From contig JBLDXI010000030.1 of the NCBI GenBank assembly GCA_047495785.1, forward strand, positions 1,302,001 through 1,366,000: a stretch of DNA of 64,000 nucleotides. Direction: 5' to 3'. The stretch's first letter is position 1; each line of letters starts with the position of its first letter. This DNA is from Lepidodermella squamata. Lineage: Eukaryota; Animalia; Gastrotricha. A program made the position numbers and the translations under genes. Below, one piece after another: positions 61,501 to 64,000 of this stretch. Under the pieces are notes generated by a model. That model was not told the DNA's origin and ran no database searches. It saw only the letters and a list, made by a program, of their open reading frames with translations.

Positions 61501-63117
61501 GCCTTATCGATGTCTTCGGGAGTTCTTAATTTATCCGGGTCGTTCAAAATGAGCAGTAAATGTGAGTGAGGTAGGCCGCGTTTTTGAAATTCGATGACAT
61601 AAACGTAGCAGATAACTTCTCCAAAAATCTGATTTTCAACAATGTCGTGAAGGATTTCCTTAAACTTGAGATTAAAAACTCGAGCACAAAGGTCGGGGCG
61701 ATCAGCAGCAGTTTGCAGAAGGTTACCATCGGAGTCACGTAACAAATTGTCCTGAATTTCGGGCCAATTAGGATTGCATGTTGTAGTAATAAACAAATCC
61801 GGTTTTCCAAAGTGGGCAACGCGAGCCATAGCATCATGGTACAACTGGAAATTATGACGCGGCGAGCCAATGTGTGTCGCAGGAAGGATAATGGAGCGTC
61901 CAATATTACCCAACTCTCTTTCTCCTTCTCGATGTGCATCCATTACTCCTTGATAGAGCTCAGCCCTTATCGTTTTCTGATTTTCTCGCACCCAATGCAA
62001 TCGATTTGATTCGATTTTAGCCCAAACGTCGCAAGCAAATTGATGAAATAATCGGCCGTACAAAAATAAATTTGAAGAATCGCGCAATTGGAACAAATAA
62101 TTGTAATAATCCAGATCCGTCAGTTTCTCATCGCATGTCAATGACTTCTTCATGTTATAAGTCCAACCGGGATTCCCCTCGGGAAACAACAAAACGTAAT
62201 GAAGCGGATCGTAAAGAGGAGAATTTTCATTAACACGTTGAAGACCGCCTTCACGTAAACGCAATACAACATCGCGCGGCTGTCAACGTGAAAAGAATTA
62301 TTAATGGTGTAAAATAGCATCTTTTGAAATATCAACTCACTTCTTTAATTCCAGGGTCATCAGGAATTAGAGCAGCGACTTCTGAAGACGTCGGTAAATT
62401 GTATCGCCTCTTATCCATTTCATTAGGATCGCAACGTAAAAATAAATTCAAATTCGGAGAGTTTCGAAGAATTTCATGAGCTTGTTTGTAAATGGCCACG
62501 TAAGGATTGAAATTATGAAGTTCCGCTTGGATTTCAGCGACCAAGACAGGATTCAAGTTCTTCAAGTGTCGCAATCGATTAGTAGCTTCATTATCGCTAT
62601 CGATAATGTACAGCTGAGCAAACTTGGGAATGTCTCCTGGAACAGGTTCAAGTGCGCCGTGTGAATGGTGTAGGCTTCCACAAAACCTGAAGGTTGACCA
62701 TTCCACACTTCTATCGAGACCGGGTACCCCCAAAGACGTGAAAGCGAAGGCTGAATTGAACGCGCGTACTTCACTGCGAAATGTCTTGCCAAGAGGCGAA
62801 TTTTCGAAGAGCAGCTTTTTGAACAGCGGTGTAGGCTGAGGGAACGGTGGAAGTACGATTTTCCCATTAGCACAGCAACGAAATGAAGGGTTGCCAATGG
62901 TTGACTTGTCAATTTTTTCCTTCATGAAGAATATAGCATTGCAGTGGCGACATTTCGACGATAACTGTCCAATATTGTTTTGGTTAACTTTCCGCTCGTC
63001 ATTGAACTCTTTCCGAGCAGCAAGACGTAACCTCTTCACGCCTTTAGGGCGACCAGCGACTGGAGCCGCTTCGTTGACGAAGTTCTCTAACTCCAAATCA
63101 TCTACAGAAATGAACAA
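58599..63117 (-). CDS. Helitron Rep/helicase transposase (RepHel), multi-exon; further 5' exons likely up to the window end
   Basis: CRHC...CC..G Zn-like motif; HUH Rep motifs PDLFITTTCNPNWPEI, VIEFQKRGLPHSHLL and KYHYKYVYKG; PIF1-type helicase motifs GYGGCGKT, WDEAPM, GDFRQCLPV, TINKSQG|QT and HGQLYVALSR; at least five ~52-58 nt introns. Confidence 0.96.
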
Positions 63118-64000
63118 TTGATAAAAACGGAGGGTCTCGAAATGGAGACATTATACCTCCTTCCAAAAGTCCGTCGATGGCCGGAGCAGAAGGCAGGGGA
63201 GTTTCTTGGCGTTCGATTCCGCCAATGCCGGGAATGTCCATTTCATCGTCAGACAATTCTACTGGATCTACATAACATGGTTAACGGAATTTAGGATTTT
63301 TTATAAACAATGAAATCTCACCATGAACGTATCTGCTAGTGGAAGGGGCGTCAAGCATAGAAGTTGGTCTCTTGACAGCTGAATAGGAAAAAGGGTAAAA
63401 AAAAAAAGATATCGTTTCGACCAATCATTACCAGTTATAGTGGGTGAAGCAGACTTAGGGTTTACAGGTGTGAACCTGAACCTTGGCTGAGGCGAGGGCG
63501 AGGACGCCGGTGAGGACAGGCGAAGCGATGCTATTGGAATAATAGGAGTTTGGGGTCGGGGAGAAACTAAAACAAAAAACAAAAAATCTTAAACGCTTAG
63601 GATTCTAGGATGAAAGCACCTTTACCTGACAATATAGGTCTCGGTTGTCTGAAACATGCTGCAGATTGAGGCCTTACAGTCACAGGCGTACCAGGATTAA
63701 GTGCTCGCAAGTACTGCGGGGGGTTGAACGCTGGAGGAGAAGCCAGTACTGAACAATCGACATACAAAGAATCACTCTGTTGAAATGATTAAATTGTGAT
63801 CCTACTTTCATCATCTACTGCTGTATTGCTCCTCTTCGGCGGAGGGCCTATAACAACGGGACCGCTAACATTACGCTGAACGGCGACCAATGATGACGGT
63901 CGAATTGGGGGAATAGCGGGAGGGGAAGGCAATTCTAATTTGAGAAATCGAGTGAACACATTTCATGAACTGAATTGATGTGCTTACCTTCATCTTCGCG

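Larger units (their letters stand above)
57648..64000 (-). mobile_element. Helitron (rolling-circle transposon), 5' end outside window
   Basis: RepHel gene; GC-rich 9-bp hairpin ggcgcccgc-gaa-gcgggcgcc at 57659-57679; terminal CTAG at 57651-57648 followed by T. Confidence 0.95.

Overview
Eukaryotic (invertebrate animal) genomic DNA with very short (~50-60 nt) GT-AG introns; the species cannot be identified from sequence alone. The left end holds a cathepsin L-like gene and a degenerate astacin gene. From 3.8-36.6 kb there is a tandem array of six minus-strand genes, each apparently encoding a single-pass receptor with a signal peptide, a full-length GH65 / PGGHG(ATHL1)-like glycosidase ectodomain with altered catalytic residues, a TM helix and an intact tyrosine kinase. 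I do not recognise this architecture among described RTK classes, and it is the main candidate for a novel system. Copies 3+4 and 5+6 arose by a ~12 kb segmental duplication, with apparent gene conversion of the kinase exon afterwards. Head-to-head with the array is a second unusual chimera: a Cys-loop ligand-gated ion channel apparently spliced to N-terminal Sushi-like/EGF/EGF/CUB modules and a mucin-like stalk, with one in-frame stop near its 5' end. A second divergent Cys-loop gene faces it tail-to-tail. The 43-57.6 kb region is rich in MITEs and inverted repeats and contains a CUB-gene relic and an orphan secreted Cys-rich gene. The right end is an intron-containing Helitron (RepHel, an accessory ORF, and a canonical 3' hairpin + CTAG) that runs off the window. 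Family assignments come from motifs recognised by eye; no database search was run.
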